Sequence record: PX969468.1 | Source: a phage | Length of the DNA stretch: 64,000 nt | Direction: 5' to 3' (one strand) | In this document: in pieces, positions 45,636 through 54,182 of the stretch | How the letters are laid out: each line of letters starts with the position of its first letter | Numbering within the stretch: position 1 is the stretch's first letter | The notes under the pieces: generated by a model | What the model was told of the DNA's origin: nothing | The model's database searches: none | Seen by the model: only the letters and a program-made list of their open reading frames with translations | Made by a program: the position numbers and the translations under genes

Positions 45636-45734
45636 GCTAGGTAAGCCCTTTGGCAAGGGCGAGGATTTTTAATCCTGAAAATAGACGAGGTAGTCGTTGA
45701 ATACATAGGTGGTTCGATTCCATCACCTAGCACC
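45636..45734 (+). tRNA. atypical tRNA-like gene (about 99 nt; Lys TTT-like anticodon loop; about 29-nt extra region); possible pseudogene
   Basis: Perfect 7-bp acceptor (GCTAGGT/ACCTAGC), D-arm, T-arm GGTGG-TTCGATT-CCATC, anticodon loop TTTTTAA with a 4-bp stem; insertion too long for a canonical type I tRNA; no full CCA. Confidence 0.35.
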
Positions 45735-45738
45735 TTTT

Positions 45739-45814
45739 GCTGATGTAGCACAATTGGCAGTGCAATTGATTTGTAATCAATAGGTTGCAGGTTCAAGTCC
45801 TGCCATCAGCACCA
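45739..45814 (+). tRNA. tRNA-Thr (anticodon TGT)
   Basis: Acceptor GCTGATG/CATCAGC, D-arm GCAC/GTGC, anticodon stem ATTGA/TCAAT, loop TTTGTAA, T-arm GCAGG-TTCAAGT-CCTGC, CCA. Confidence 0.8.
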
Positions 45815-45815
45815 T

Positions 45816-45890
45816 GGCCCTGTAGCTGGAAGGTTCAAGCAAGCGACTCATAATCGCCAGACGGTGGTTCAATTCCACCCAGGGCCACCA
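45816..45890 (+). tRNA. tRNA-Met or Ile2 (anticodon CAT)
   Basis: Acceptor GGCCCTG/CAGGGCC, anticodon loop CTCATAA, T-arm GGTGG-TTCAATT-CCACC, CCA; G1-C72 argues against initiator. Confidence 0.7.
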
Positions 45891-45901
45891 AATAATAAAT
45901 A

Positions 45902-45978
45902 CTCCGCGTAGCTCAGCTTGGTAGAGCGCCTGATTTGGGATCAGGAGGTCGAGTGTTCGAATCACTCCGTGGAGACCA
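45902..45978 (+). tRNA. tRNA-Pro (anticodon TGG)
   Basis: C1-G72 acceptor, D-arm GCTCAGCTTGGTAGAGC, anticodon stem CCTGA/TCAGG, loop TTTGGGA, T-arm GAGTG-TTCGAAT-CACTC, CCA. Confidence 0.8.
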
Positions 45979-46024
45979 CCTTTAGTTATACTTTAAATAT
46001 ATACACACAAAAGGAACCTTTAAA

Positions 46025-46294
46025 ATGTATACACTTAAAATTGTAGAACGTGTAAATCCAACCCATACTTTAGATCTTCGTGACGATTTCAACCCTCTTG
46101 CTGTAAATCTTCGAGAGTCGTATCATGAACTAAGCTGCGATGCAGTTGTGGTCTTCTTTGAAGACAACTCTGAAGGGGCAGTAGCTTGTGTTGTTGATAG
46201 CGAGCAGAAGTTTTATATTTACAGAGATGTGGATGCTTACTTGATGAATGAGAATGCGGTTACTGTCAGAATCATCCACCGAGTGCCTCGATAA
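46025..46294 (+). CDS. hypothetical protein
   Basis: Track ORF; AAGGAA RBS. Confidence 0.5.
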   Translation: MYTLKIVERVNPTHTLDLRDDFNPLAVNLRESYHELSCDAVVVFFEDNSEGAVACVVDSEQKFYIYRDVDAYLMNENAVTVRIIHRVPR

Positions 46295-46347
46295 GTATTA
46301 GTCTCCTTTTAGTTAGTTTCGATCTATTTAGGTTACTCAATTTTAAC

Positions 46348-46382
46348 CCGCCCCGTTAGCTGTATAGCTGCGGGGTTTTTTC
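46348..46382 (+). terminator. rho-independent terminator (GC hairpin plus TTTTTT)
   Basis: CCCCG...CGGGG stem followed by a T6 run downstream of CDS 46025..46294. Confidence 0.55.
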
Positions 46383-46399
46383 GTTTCTGGAGCCTTAAA

Positions 46400-46798
46400 A
46401 TGATTTCAGTCTTAACATTGATGAGTAAATACAGAGGGATCATAAAAGGTTTAGTTTTTGCAGCGGCTATAGGCATGGCTTATCTTGGGGCCGTGTATTG
46501 GTTTAACTCTAAGCTCAATGATGCTTATCAGGAAGGTGTGTCAGCAACAGAGTTAAAGTGGGAACGGATCCTTGACCAACAACAAAAGCAGGCCGACAAA
46601 ATTAAAATGGGCCACGCAGAGGAGGTTAAAAACCTTGAAAAATCTCTTTCTGATCTACAGGATAAATTAAATATGGCTGAGAAGGCAGGTAAAGAAAAGC
46701 AGATTATCTACCTCCAATCTCCTGAAGGTAAGAAGTCAACACTTCCTGATCAGCTAATAGATATTTATAATGAGAGTATCAATCAGGAGGTTCGATGA
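46400..46798 (+). CDS. i-spanin (Rz-like): N-terminal TM helix plus periplasmic coiled coil
   Basis: TM segment GLVFAAAIGMAYLGAVYWF then charged coiled-coil; immediately followed by a lipoprotein gene. Confidence 0.6.
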   Translation: MISVLTLMSKYRGIIKGLVFAAAIGMAYLGAVYWFNSKLNDAYQEGVSATELKWERILDQQQKQADKIKMGHAEEVKNLEKSLSDLQDKLNMAEKAGKEKQIIYLQSPEGKKSTLPDQLIDIYNESINQEVR

Positions 46799-47082
46799 GA
46801 GTTACTGCACTGGTTGTTTTGTGCTTGTTATTGTGTGGGTGTGCAACCAGCGTTGAGAGAGAATACAAGATTGACCCTCCGGATGTAGGAAGGTTGATTG
46901 TTAAACCTCCCGAGGGTGCTATGAAACCACCTGCTAAAGCTATCCCTTTGAAGAAAGGTGCGCCAGATGCGGTGAATTCTGGCATTATGAGGGATAATAA
47001 CCTGTCTTGTAGTAATGATAGAGCTAAATTGATCATTTTGCAAGACTATATAAGAACACTGTTTCCAAAGGAGAGAGGTTAA
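46795..47082 (+). CDS. o-spanin (Rz1-like) outer-membrane lipoprotein
   Basis: Signal peptide with lipobox-like LLCGC, proline-rich mature region; start overlaps the i-spanin stop (separate architecture). Confidence 0.6.
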   Translation: MRVTALVVLCLLLCGCATSVEREYKIDPPDVGRLIVKPPEGAMKPPAKAIPLKKGAPDAVNSGIMRDNNLSCSNDRAKLIILQDYIRTLFPKERG

Positions 47083-47507
47083 TGTCTAAGATTTACGGAC
47101 CGTGTTCTGAAAAGCAGAAGATGATCCTAGAGAACGATGCAGATATTTTGGTGATCGGAGGTGCAGCTGGGTCTGGAAAGTCGTTCCTCTTGCAGCTAAT
47201 GCCACTTAAAATTATTGATGACCCACACAGCTCTGTGGTTATGTTCCGAAGAACAACTCCACAGTTGGAAGGTGAGGGTGGGCTATGGCCTAAAGCAGTA
47301 GCTATTTACAGTGATCTGCCTGAAAACATTAAACCAAAGTTCAGAGAGAAGGATCATAAGTTTATTTTTCCACGGTTTGATCCGAGCACTGGCAAGTGGG
47401 ACAGGAGCAAAAAAGGGGCCGTTGTAAAATACTGCCACATGGAGTATGTCCAAGATAAGCTTAACCATCAAGGCCTTGAGTACACCATGGTTTGCTTCGA
47501 TGAGGGT
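47082..47507 (+). CDS. terminase large subunit, exon 1 (ATPase N-terminal part)
   Basis: Walker A GGAAGSGKS, Walker B-like MVCFDEG; reading frame stops right after the Walker B region. Confidence 0.65.
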
Positions 47508-47557
47508 TAATTTGTAGCTCTCGTAAAACCTCCCTAATTGCGGGGAAATCTTTATTA

Positions 47558-47586
47558 TTGACACCACCAACCTGTTATGGTAACAT
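47558..47586 (+). promoter_or_regulatory. sigma70-like promoter inside the intron (TTGACA-17-TAACAT)
   Basis: Hexamers at 17-bp spacing about 140 nt upstream of the endonuclease ORF. Confidence 0.4.
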
Positions 47587-47725
47587 GATAGAGGCTTCGA
47601 AGAGAGATCGAAGGTATGGTAACAGTGTGTTGATTTAGATAATCCGCAGCGAAGCATCCGAGAGGATGAACGTTCAACGACTAGTCGAAAGACGTAGAAT
47701 CAAGCGATTCGAAACGGGAGGGTGA

Positions 47726-48316
47726 ATGTGTAATACTAAAAAATGTATGGATTGCCAAAGAGTTCTACCTCTTGATGATTTCTTTTTATCATCTAAGAGC
47801 CAGGATGGATACTCAGGTACATGCAAGGAATGCTATATGTACTACAGGAAGAATGGATCTCGTAGAAACAAAAATATGGTTAAGAGAGATGATGCAGCAT
47901 CTTTTATTCAAGACTTACTGAAGAAAGGTGAGCTTTTTGAATGTAAATCTTGTCATGAAAGTATGCTTGCTGATAGTTTTTACACAAAACGCGACTATGG
48001 TAAAGTGTATCTAGTCACGAACAGGTGTAAGATGTGTGAAAAGTTTTATCAGATTGAGAAGAAATTTCACATAACAAAAGATGAATACTATCGTCTACTC
48101 TCAGATCAAGATCATAAGTGTGCAATCTGTAGAATATCTCTTGATGAGTATAAGACTCAAGGATATAGAGATTTCTTTTGTGTTGATCATGACCATAAAA
48201 CTGGTGCTGTAAGAGGGTTGCTTTGTGATAAATGCAACAGGGCTTTAGGTTTCTTCCAAGAGGATGAGGAAACCATTCTTAGAGCGGCAGAGTATTTACA
48301 CATTCATAAGATATAG
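47726..48316 (+). CDS. endonuclease VII-like / HNH-family zinc-finger homing endonuclease (intron-encoded)
   Basis: CVDHDHKTGAVRGLLCDKCNRALGF matches the EndoVII core; several upstream CxxC pairs. Confidence 0.6.
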   Translation: MCNTKKCMDCQRVLPLDDFFLSSKSQDGYSGTCKECYMYYRKNGSRRNKNMVKRDDAASFIQDLLKKGELFECKSCHESMLADSFYTKRDYGKVYLVTNRCKMCEKFYQIEKKFHITKDEYYRLLSDQDHKCAICRISLDEYKTQGYRDFFCVDHDHKTGAVRGLLCDKCNRALGFFQEDEETILRAAEYLHIHKI

Positions 48317-48390
48317 TCTGGTCTGCATGGAGACATGCAGCTGCCTGAAAATGGCGGGGCAAGACTAGCGACCTTGCCCGAACATAAACG

Positions 48391-49512
48391 ACGCAATTCG
48401 AATGGGAGCAGATAGACTATTTGATGTCTCGTCTGCGATCTCAGTCAAAGTATCCATCAAGAATGGTTATCAGCTGTAACCCCGACTCAGAACACATGCT
48501 TGCCAAACTGGTTAGGTGGTGGTTGGACGATGAAGGGTATCCAGATCCGGAGAAATGCGGTAAGAAAAGATATTTTATCCGACGCGACGGGGAATTTATC
48601 TGGGGAGATTCTAAAGAAGAGTTGATAGAGAAATACACCACGGTTAACGGACTTGGCGTAGAGATCAAGCCAAGACCGTTGTCATTCTCGTTCATAGGCG
48701 CAACAATATTCGATAATCCTGTCTGTTTGAGAGACAACCCAGAATACCTTGCTTTCCTCGAAGGTCTACCAGAGCTGGAAAAAGCTCAGCTTCTCCATGG
48801 TAACTGGTTTGCAAAGCCTGAGGGTGCAAACTATTTTCAAAGATCTTTCCTTCGTGATGCCGATAGAGTACCTCTTGGGTCAGTATCTTGCAGGGCATGG
48901 GATAAGGCAGGAACCGAGAGAACTTCCGGTAATAAATTTCCTGACTTTACTGCCAGTATTAAGGTAAGTAAAGATAGCGACGGATTTTATTACCTGTCCG
49001 GTGATTATTGTCCTGAGAACGTGGATGACGGGAGGTATTCCACAGGTCTGGAAGGCAAGTTCTGTAAAAAGGCTGGTGAACGAGATGTGATCATCAGGAA
49101 ACAGGCGCAGTTCGATGGTGATGATTGCATAATCGTCTTCTCTGTGGACCCAGGGCAGGCAGGTAAGAGTGAGTTCTTAACCTCCTCCAGATCCTTGCTT
49201 GCCGAAGGGTTCAGGGTTGAAGAAGACCCAATGCCTTCCAACAAGTCTAAACTGACAAGGTTCTCACCTTTTGCCAATCTTGCCCAACAAGGAATGGTGA
49301 GGATTGTAAAATCCAGTTTCCATCCTGATACTCTGGAAGCATTTCTGACTGAACTTGAAAAATTCAACGGGGAAAGATCAACATTTAACAGAAAAGACGA
49401 CTGGGCCGACTGCGTAGCTTCTGCGATTAATTTCCTGGAGAAAGAGGAGGTAGCACTTCCTTGTGTGATTCCATCAATCTCATCACCTTCTATGTTCAAG
49501 CGTTTTATCTAA
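48391..49512 (+). CDS. terminase large subunit, exon 2 (ATPase motif C plus nuclease domain)
   Basis: In-frame region upstream of the track start reads TQFEWEQIDYLMSRLRS...; ISCNPD coupling motif; nuclease Asp contexts RAWDKAGT, IVFSVDPGQ, DDWADCVASA. Confidence 0.65.
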   Translation, partial: TQFEWEQIDYLMSRLRSQSKYPSRMVISCNPDSEHMLAKLVRWWLDDEGYPDPEKCGKKRYFIRRDGEFIWGDSKEELIEKYTTVNGLGVEIKPRPLSFSFIGATIFDNPVCLRDNPEYLAFLEGLPELEKAQLLHGNWFAKPEGANYFQRSFLRDADRVPLGSVSCRAWDKAGTERTSGNKFPDFTASIKVSKDSDGFYYLSGDYCPENVDDGRYSTGLEGKFCKKAGERDVIIRKQAQFDGDDCIIVFSVDPGQAGKSEFLTSSRSLLAEGFRVEEDPMPSNKSKLTRFSPFANLAQQGMVRIVKSSFHPDTLEAFLTELEKFNGERSTFNRKDDWADCVASAINFLEKEEVALPCVIPSISSPSMFKRFI

Positions 49513-49562
49513 GTGTTGCCAATCTTAATTAGATGTGGTACAATAAAGTAATTGGAGATACT

Positions 49563-49588
49563 AGCCCTCTGACGAGGGCTATTTTGTT
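49563..49588 (+). terminator. terminator-like hairpin (AGCCCTC-TGAC-GAGGGCT plus T-rich tail)
   Basis: 7-bp stem then ATTTTGTT, after the terminase gene. Confidence 0.45.
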
Positions 49589-49612
49589 ATACTGTTTTGA
49601 GGGGTAAAGCTT

Positions 49613-51169
49613 GTGTCCAAAAAGAACCGCAGGAAACACAACGCCACAGCCAAAACTGTGAATAAATCTGGGAACGCAGGCGCACCAACTCATAATGTTC
49701 GTATGAGTGAGATCGGTTCTGGCGCACTTTCCCAAATTATGGCAGAATCGCAATCTATGATGGTTGAGGAATTGCGTTGGCCTCAGCTGATTGCCACAGT
49801 GGAGACTATGAAATGTGATTCCACAGTTGCTACTGCCTTAGATACAAAATATGTTTTCATCACGAAAGCATTCAATGATTTTAAGATCCTTTATAATGTT
49901 AAAAGTGAAGACTCTAAGAAAGCTGCCGAGCTTATAGAGTATTCTTTGCGTAATTTGGCAAACCAACAAACTCTTCGAGATATTGCAAGAAGCGCAGCTA
50001 CCTTTAACGAGTATGGTTTTTCACTGTTTGAGAAAGTATACCGCAGAGAGAAAGAAGGTAAATACGCCGGGATGCTTCTTATTGATAAAATTGCATTCCG
50101 ACCTCAGGCCAGTTTGTCCAGATCAGAGCCGTTTGTCTTTGACAAGAATAGTAGAACACTGACAGGTATTTATCAATCACCTAATGCATTTCTAAACACG
50201 CAGAATGCACGCTGGGCTGGTCCTCTTGCTGCAATGCCTTCAAAAGGCTTTAATGAGCCTGAAATTTTCATCCCTGCTAAAAAGCTTATGCTCATGACTC
50301 TGTCAGGAACAGAATCTAACCCTGCAGGTGTGTCACCAATGATAGGTTGCTACAGATCTTTCCGTGAGAAAGTCTTGATTGAAAACCTTGAGGTAGTTGG
50401 CTGCTCCAAAGACCTTGGTGGTGTGCTTGAGCTGAAAATTCCTTCCAATATTCTGAACAAGGCCAGCATTGACCCGAATTCAATGGAAGGGAGAATGGTT
50501 GCAGATCTTATGCTTGACGCAGCAAATGCCCATAGTGGGGAGCAAAGTTTCTTTATACTTCCGTCTGATAGAGATAAGTCTGGTAAAGAGCTTTACTCCA
50601 TGACCCTGAAGGGGGTTGATGGTATGGGCAAGCAGTATTCGACTAAAGATTTGATTGATGCCCGTAAGAAGGCGATTCTTGACCGTTTCGGTGCTGGCTT
50701 TATTAACCTCGGTAACGATAACGTTGGATCCTTCTCTCTGTCTGAGTCAAAACAGTCTATCCATGGTCATTTTGTTCAGCGTGATATAGATATTATCACT
50801 GAAGCCTTCAATAAGGATCTTATTCCACAGCTTCTGGCATTGAATGGTATCATCCTTGAAGATGATGATATGCCTAAACTGAAACCTGGTCTGATTGAAG
50901 AGGTGGACATGGAGAGCTTCTCCAAATTTGTCCAGAGGATCGGTGCTGTAGGTTACTTGCCAAAAACTCCTGCAGTAATTAATAAGATTCTTGAAGTAGG
51001 CGGGTTTGATGAAAGATTTGACGAGGACATGGATCAGGAAGAGCTGATGAAGCTCTTGGGCCAGGATATCAGTAGGGCTGGTGATGGAATGGCTGCAGGA
51101 TCCACTGGTAACGGCACTTCTAAGATGTCATCAACCAGAGATAATTCCATATCCAACATGGAAAATTAA
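49613..51169 (+). CDS. portal protein (putative)
   Basis: 518 aa immediately after the terminase; GTG start with GAGGGG RBS; position and size only. Confidence 0.5.
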   Translation: MSKKNRRKHNATAKTVNKSGNAGAPTHNVRMSEIGSGALSQIMAESQSMMVEELRWPQLIATVETMKCDSTVATALDTKYVFITKAFNDFKILYNVKSEDSKKAAELIEYSLRNLANQQTLRDIARSAATFNEYGFSLFEKVYRREKEGKYAGMLLIDKIAFRPQASLSRSEPFVFDKNSRTLTGIYQSPNAFLNTQNARWAGPLAAMPSKGFNEPEIFIPAKKLMLMTLSGTESNPAGVSPMIGCYRSFREKVLIENLEVVGCSKDLGGVLELKIPSNILNKASIDPNSMEGRMVADLMLDAANAHSGEQSFFILPSDRDKSGKELYSMTLKGVDGMGKQYSTKDLIDARKKAILDRFGAGFINLGNDNVGSFSLSESKQSIHGHFVQRDIDIITEAFNKDLIPQLLALNGIILEDDDMPKLKPGLIEEVDMESFSKFVQRIGAVGYLPKTPAVINKILEVGGFDERFDEDMDQEELMKLLGQDISRAGDGMAAGSTGNGTSKMSSTRDNSISNMEN

Positions 51170-51236
51170 AAATTATCAACACAGGGGGTTGCAAAACCTC
51201 CTTTGGCGTGATAAAATAATCCACATGGGGAATAAG

Positions 51237-51656
51237 ATGCCACAGGAAGAAATGATTTCCTACGAAATCATCTACGAGCCTGACACTAAAGATGCTCACG
51301 GTGAGTGGATGAGTAAAGACACCATCAAAAAGGCTAAAGATAACTGGGACGCAGCATACGCCGCAGGCCTAGTTTCTGAAAACCTTTTTCACTTGACCTC
51401 TACAGATGCTTTCACTATTGAAAAGACGTGGATTCAAGAAGAGTTTGATGTTGTAGTAATTGGCACTGAGCAGGTCATCAAGGCTGGCTCTTGGGTTGCT
51501 AAAGTTAAATACAATAATCCTGAACTATGGGAAGCTAAGAAGGCTGGCATTGTTGGTGGCCTAAGCATTCAGGCAACAGGTAATGTTGATGAAGAAACTG
51601 GTGAAATTACCAACGTAAACTTCGGGATCAGTGTTGTAGAAGAGGGCAATGAATAA
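51237..51656 (+). CDS. hypothetical head-module protein; start uncertain
   Basis: Track ORF between portal and scaffold. Confidence 0.4.
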   Translation: MPQEEMISYEIIYEPDTKDAHGEWMSKDTIKKAKDNWDAAYAAGLVSENLFHLTSTDAFTIEKTWIQEEFDVVVIGTEQVIKAGSWVAKVKYNNPELWEAKKAGIVGGLSIQATGNVDEETGEITNVNFGISVVEEGNE

Positions 51657-52633
51657 TGTCTGAAAAAACGATTACTATTAAAGAGAAGGGGATTGCCCTG
51701 TGCCATAAGGCGCAAGGCTATAGCGCTAACAACAGACCTGTATCTCTTTTGATGAAGAGTGATCTTAAGCCTGAGCAGTTAACAGACGACATTGTTAAGG
51801 CACTTCGCCAAGTTACTGTGGAGCTTAGTTTTGAAGAATACCTGCGTCGTTTCTTCGATATGTGGTATGATGATGCTAAAGCACTTGCACACATGCTTGG
51901 TTTTGAGATTGAAGAGGAGGCTTGGGCTAAAGAGCATCCTGATTGGGAATGGGCGCAAGCTGACGCAGAGTCTTGTATTGCATGGCTGGAAGAGCGTTGT
52001 GATAACGTGACCATTCATAAAGCTGCAAAAGAAGGCAAACAGCTTAGTGTGGTAGATCAATACAGCCTGTTAAAAACACAACAGATTTTTGAACAAGTAA
52101 CCGCTGATCTCTTCGATAAAGAAGGGAACCTGATCAAGGCGGTACAGGAACCTGCTGAGGTGGATAAAACTACCGAGGTGGATGATGTTGCAAAATCCGC
52201 AAATACCGAGGAGAATCCGGTGGACGTAACCAAAACTAAAGAGTATCTGGATCTGCTGAAGCAAGTAGAAGAGCTGAAAGCAACCCAGAGTAAAGCTGAA
52301 GAAATCATCAAGGCCCAGGTTGAAGTTGAAAAAGCTAAAATGCTGACTAAGGCTCAAGCTTTAAGCTTTGTTGGTGAAGAAGATCACGCAACCCTGGTTG
52401 ACTTCATGCTGGAAAAAGCTAACGAACCTATCGTAGCTATGCTGGAGAAAGCTCAAGCAAAAATTGAAGAGCTGGAAGCAGAGGTGCATAAAACTAAAGA
52501 AGAGTTTGCCACCACTGAACATGGTAATGATGGCGAACCTGTTGTGGATGATATTGCAAAATCCGCAGAAGAAATTCTTGCTGAAAACGTTGCAAAAGCA
52601 CTTGCTCGTGCACGTGCAGAATCTGCCAAATAA
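51656..52633 (+). CDS. scaffolding protein (putative)
   Basis: Long charged helical region (KAEEIIKAQVEVEKAKMLTKAQALS...) upstream of the capsid genes. Confidence 0.5.
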   Translation: MSEKTITIKEKGIALCHKAQGYSANNRPVSLLMKSDLKPEQLTDDIVKALRQVTVELSFEEYLRRFFDMWYDDAKALAHMLGFEIEEEAWAKEHPDWEWAQADAESCIAWLEERCDNVTIHKAAKEGKQLSVVDQYSLLKTQQIFEQVTADLFDKEGNLIKAVQEPAEVDKTTEVDDVAKSANTEENPVDVTKTKEYLDLLKQVEELKATQSKAEEIIKAQVEVEKAKMLTKAQALSFVGEEDHATLVDFMLEKANEPIVAMLEKAQAKIEELEAEVHKTKEEFATTEHGNDGEPVVDDIAKSAEEILAENVAKALARARAESAK

Positions 52634-52653
52634 GACATTAACGGGGGAAATAA

Positions 52654-53043
52654 ATGATTACCGCTCAATATTCTGATATCGTGCTCGGCAAAGTTGATTC
52701 TAGCGATGCTGGCTACAATTTTAAAGAGATGGAAATTACACTGACAGAGCACCATCATGCTGGTACTGTTGTAACAAAAACTGGCACTATCGCTAACGAT
52801 GATGGCTCAGACGTTTATGGTGTTCTCGTAGACCGAGCTCTGGTAAAAGATGCAGGAAAAGTTCATCTCGCTGAGCCTCTGCAAACAGGTCAGAAATATA
52901 AACTGGTTGTTGCAGTTCACGGTGTTACCTTTGCAAAAGATAAGCTGCTGGGGTCTAACGGTGAAGCAGCTAAGCAGGCTGTTCTTGAAAAGCTGGAAGC
53001 TCTGGGTAACAAAGTTCACGTCCAGACTCTTGGTGAAGAGTAA
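52654..53043 (+). CDS. head decoration or minor capsid protein (putative)
   Basis: 129 aa directly before the major capsid gene; codon use typical of highly expressed genes. Confidence 0.4.
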   Translation: MITAQYSDIVLGKVDSSDAGYNFKEMEITLTEHHHAGTVVTKTGTIANDDGSDVYGVLVDRALVKDAGKVHLAEPLQTGQKYKLVVAVHGVTFAKDKLLGSNGEAAKQAVLEKLEALGNKVHVQTLGEE

Positions 53044-53091
53044 GCCCTAAATTGTTCGGGAAAATATTTAAGTTTTACTTTGGAGAAATAA

Positions 53092-54102
53092 ATGATTACT
53101 CGTAAAGATGAATTTGGCATTGTCGATTTAGGTGCTACTCTGGACCTTGTTCCGCGTCAATTTCGCCTGATTACCGGTATGGATCTGTTCGAAACTCGTC
53201 TCGGCACCTCAACAATTGCTCAGATTGAACGTGTTGATGAAGTTGTAACCGACATTCCGGCACGCCGTCGTGGTGGTGAGCGTAACTACGTGGGTAGTGA
53301 ACGTGCTCAGGTTAAAAACCTGAACATCCCGTTCTTCCCTCTGGACAAAGGCATCACCGCAGCAGATGTTCAGAACTTCCGTCGTTACTTCACCCCTGAT
53401 GCTCCGAAAACTGTTCAGGACGTAGTAACCCGCGTTGTTCGCCGTATCCGTGTTTCTCATGAAGCACTGCGTGAGAAAGCACTGTTCCAGGCTATTCTGG
53501 GTAAATCCTATGCGCCTGGTGACACAACCTGTCAGTATGACTACTACACTCTGTGGGGTGTGTCTCAGAAGTCTGTTGAGATTGACCCTGCAAAAGCAGA
53601 TCAGGATCCGATGGAGGTTCTGGAAGAAGCTCGTCTGCACATCGCGCTGCAAGCTGGCGATAACGCAGCTGGCTATCGTATTGTAGCCCTGTGCTCACCA
53701 GAGTTCTTCAGTGCTATTACCCATCACCCTCTGGTAGAACTGGCATACACCTATTACGGCTCTGCTCAGGAACCTCTGCGTCGCCGTCTGGGTGCTGGCG
53801 GTCAAGACAGCGTATACCGTGTGTTTGAGCATAAAGGTATCACCTTTATCGAAGATATCTCTGGCAATATTCCTAAGAAAGAAGCTCGCATTCTGCCGAT
53901 GGGTATTGATCAGATGTTCCAGCTGCACTTTGCTCCGGCAGACGATGTTAACGAAGCAAACACCCCAGCACAGGAACTGTACATGTGGTATAAACACTCT
54001 GCATACCTGCGTGAAGAGAAGATTGAATCTGAAACTTCTATGCTGGCAGTTAACACCCGTCCAGAGCTGGTTGTTAAAGTAACTCTGAAAAACGGTGACT
54101 AA
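53092..54102 (+). CDS. major capsid protein (putative)
   Basis: 336 aa after scaffold and decoration genes; strong codon bias; followed by the strongest terminator in the window. Confidence 0.55.
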   Translation: MITRKDEFGIVDLGATLDLVPRQFRLITGMDLFETRLGTSTIAQIERVDEVVTDIPARRRGGERNYVGSERAQVKNLNIPFFPLDKGITAADVQNFRRYFTPDAPKTVQDVVTRVVRRIRVSHEALREKALFQAILGKSYAPGDTTCQYDYYTLWGVSQKSVEIDPAKADQDPMEVLEEARLHIALQAGDNAAGYRIVALCSPEFFSAITHHPLVELAYTYYGSAQEPLRRRLGAGGQDSVYRVFEHKGITFIEDISGNIPKKEARILPMGIDQMFQLHFAPADDVNEANTPAQELYMWYKHSAYLREEKIESETSMLAVNTRPELVVKVTLKNGD

Positions 54103-54126
54103 TCACTAAGGTGATTCATCCCATAC

Positions 54127-54160
54127 GGGGAGGGGGTTCTCCCCTCCCCTTTTTATTTAT
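54127..54160 (+). terminator. rho-independent terminator (GGGGAGGGG-TTCT-CCCCTCCCC plus TTTTTATTT)
   Basis: 9-bp G/C stem and T-run immediately after the capsid gene. Confidence 0.8.
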
Positions 54161-54182
54161 TAGGGTTTAACAGGAGTGTCCC

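Larger units (their letters stand above)
47508..48390 (+). mobile_element. putative group I intron (about 0.88 kb) in the terminase large-subunit gene, carrying an EndoVII/HNH-type endonuclease ORF
   Basis: ATPase and nuclease halves lie in separate frames 0.9 kb apart; 5' exon ends in U, proposed 3' splice site follows G; 215 nt non-coding precede the endonuclease ORF. Confidence 0.55.

Noticed and set aside
45602-45965. Minus-strand ORFs 45602..45796 and 45777..45965
   Set aside because: They lie antisense across four tRNA genes and are artefacts of open frames in tRNA sequence.
53209-53652. Minus-strand ORFs inside the capsid and other structural genes
   Set aside because: Antisense to highly codon-biased structural genes; no start context.
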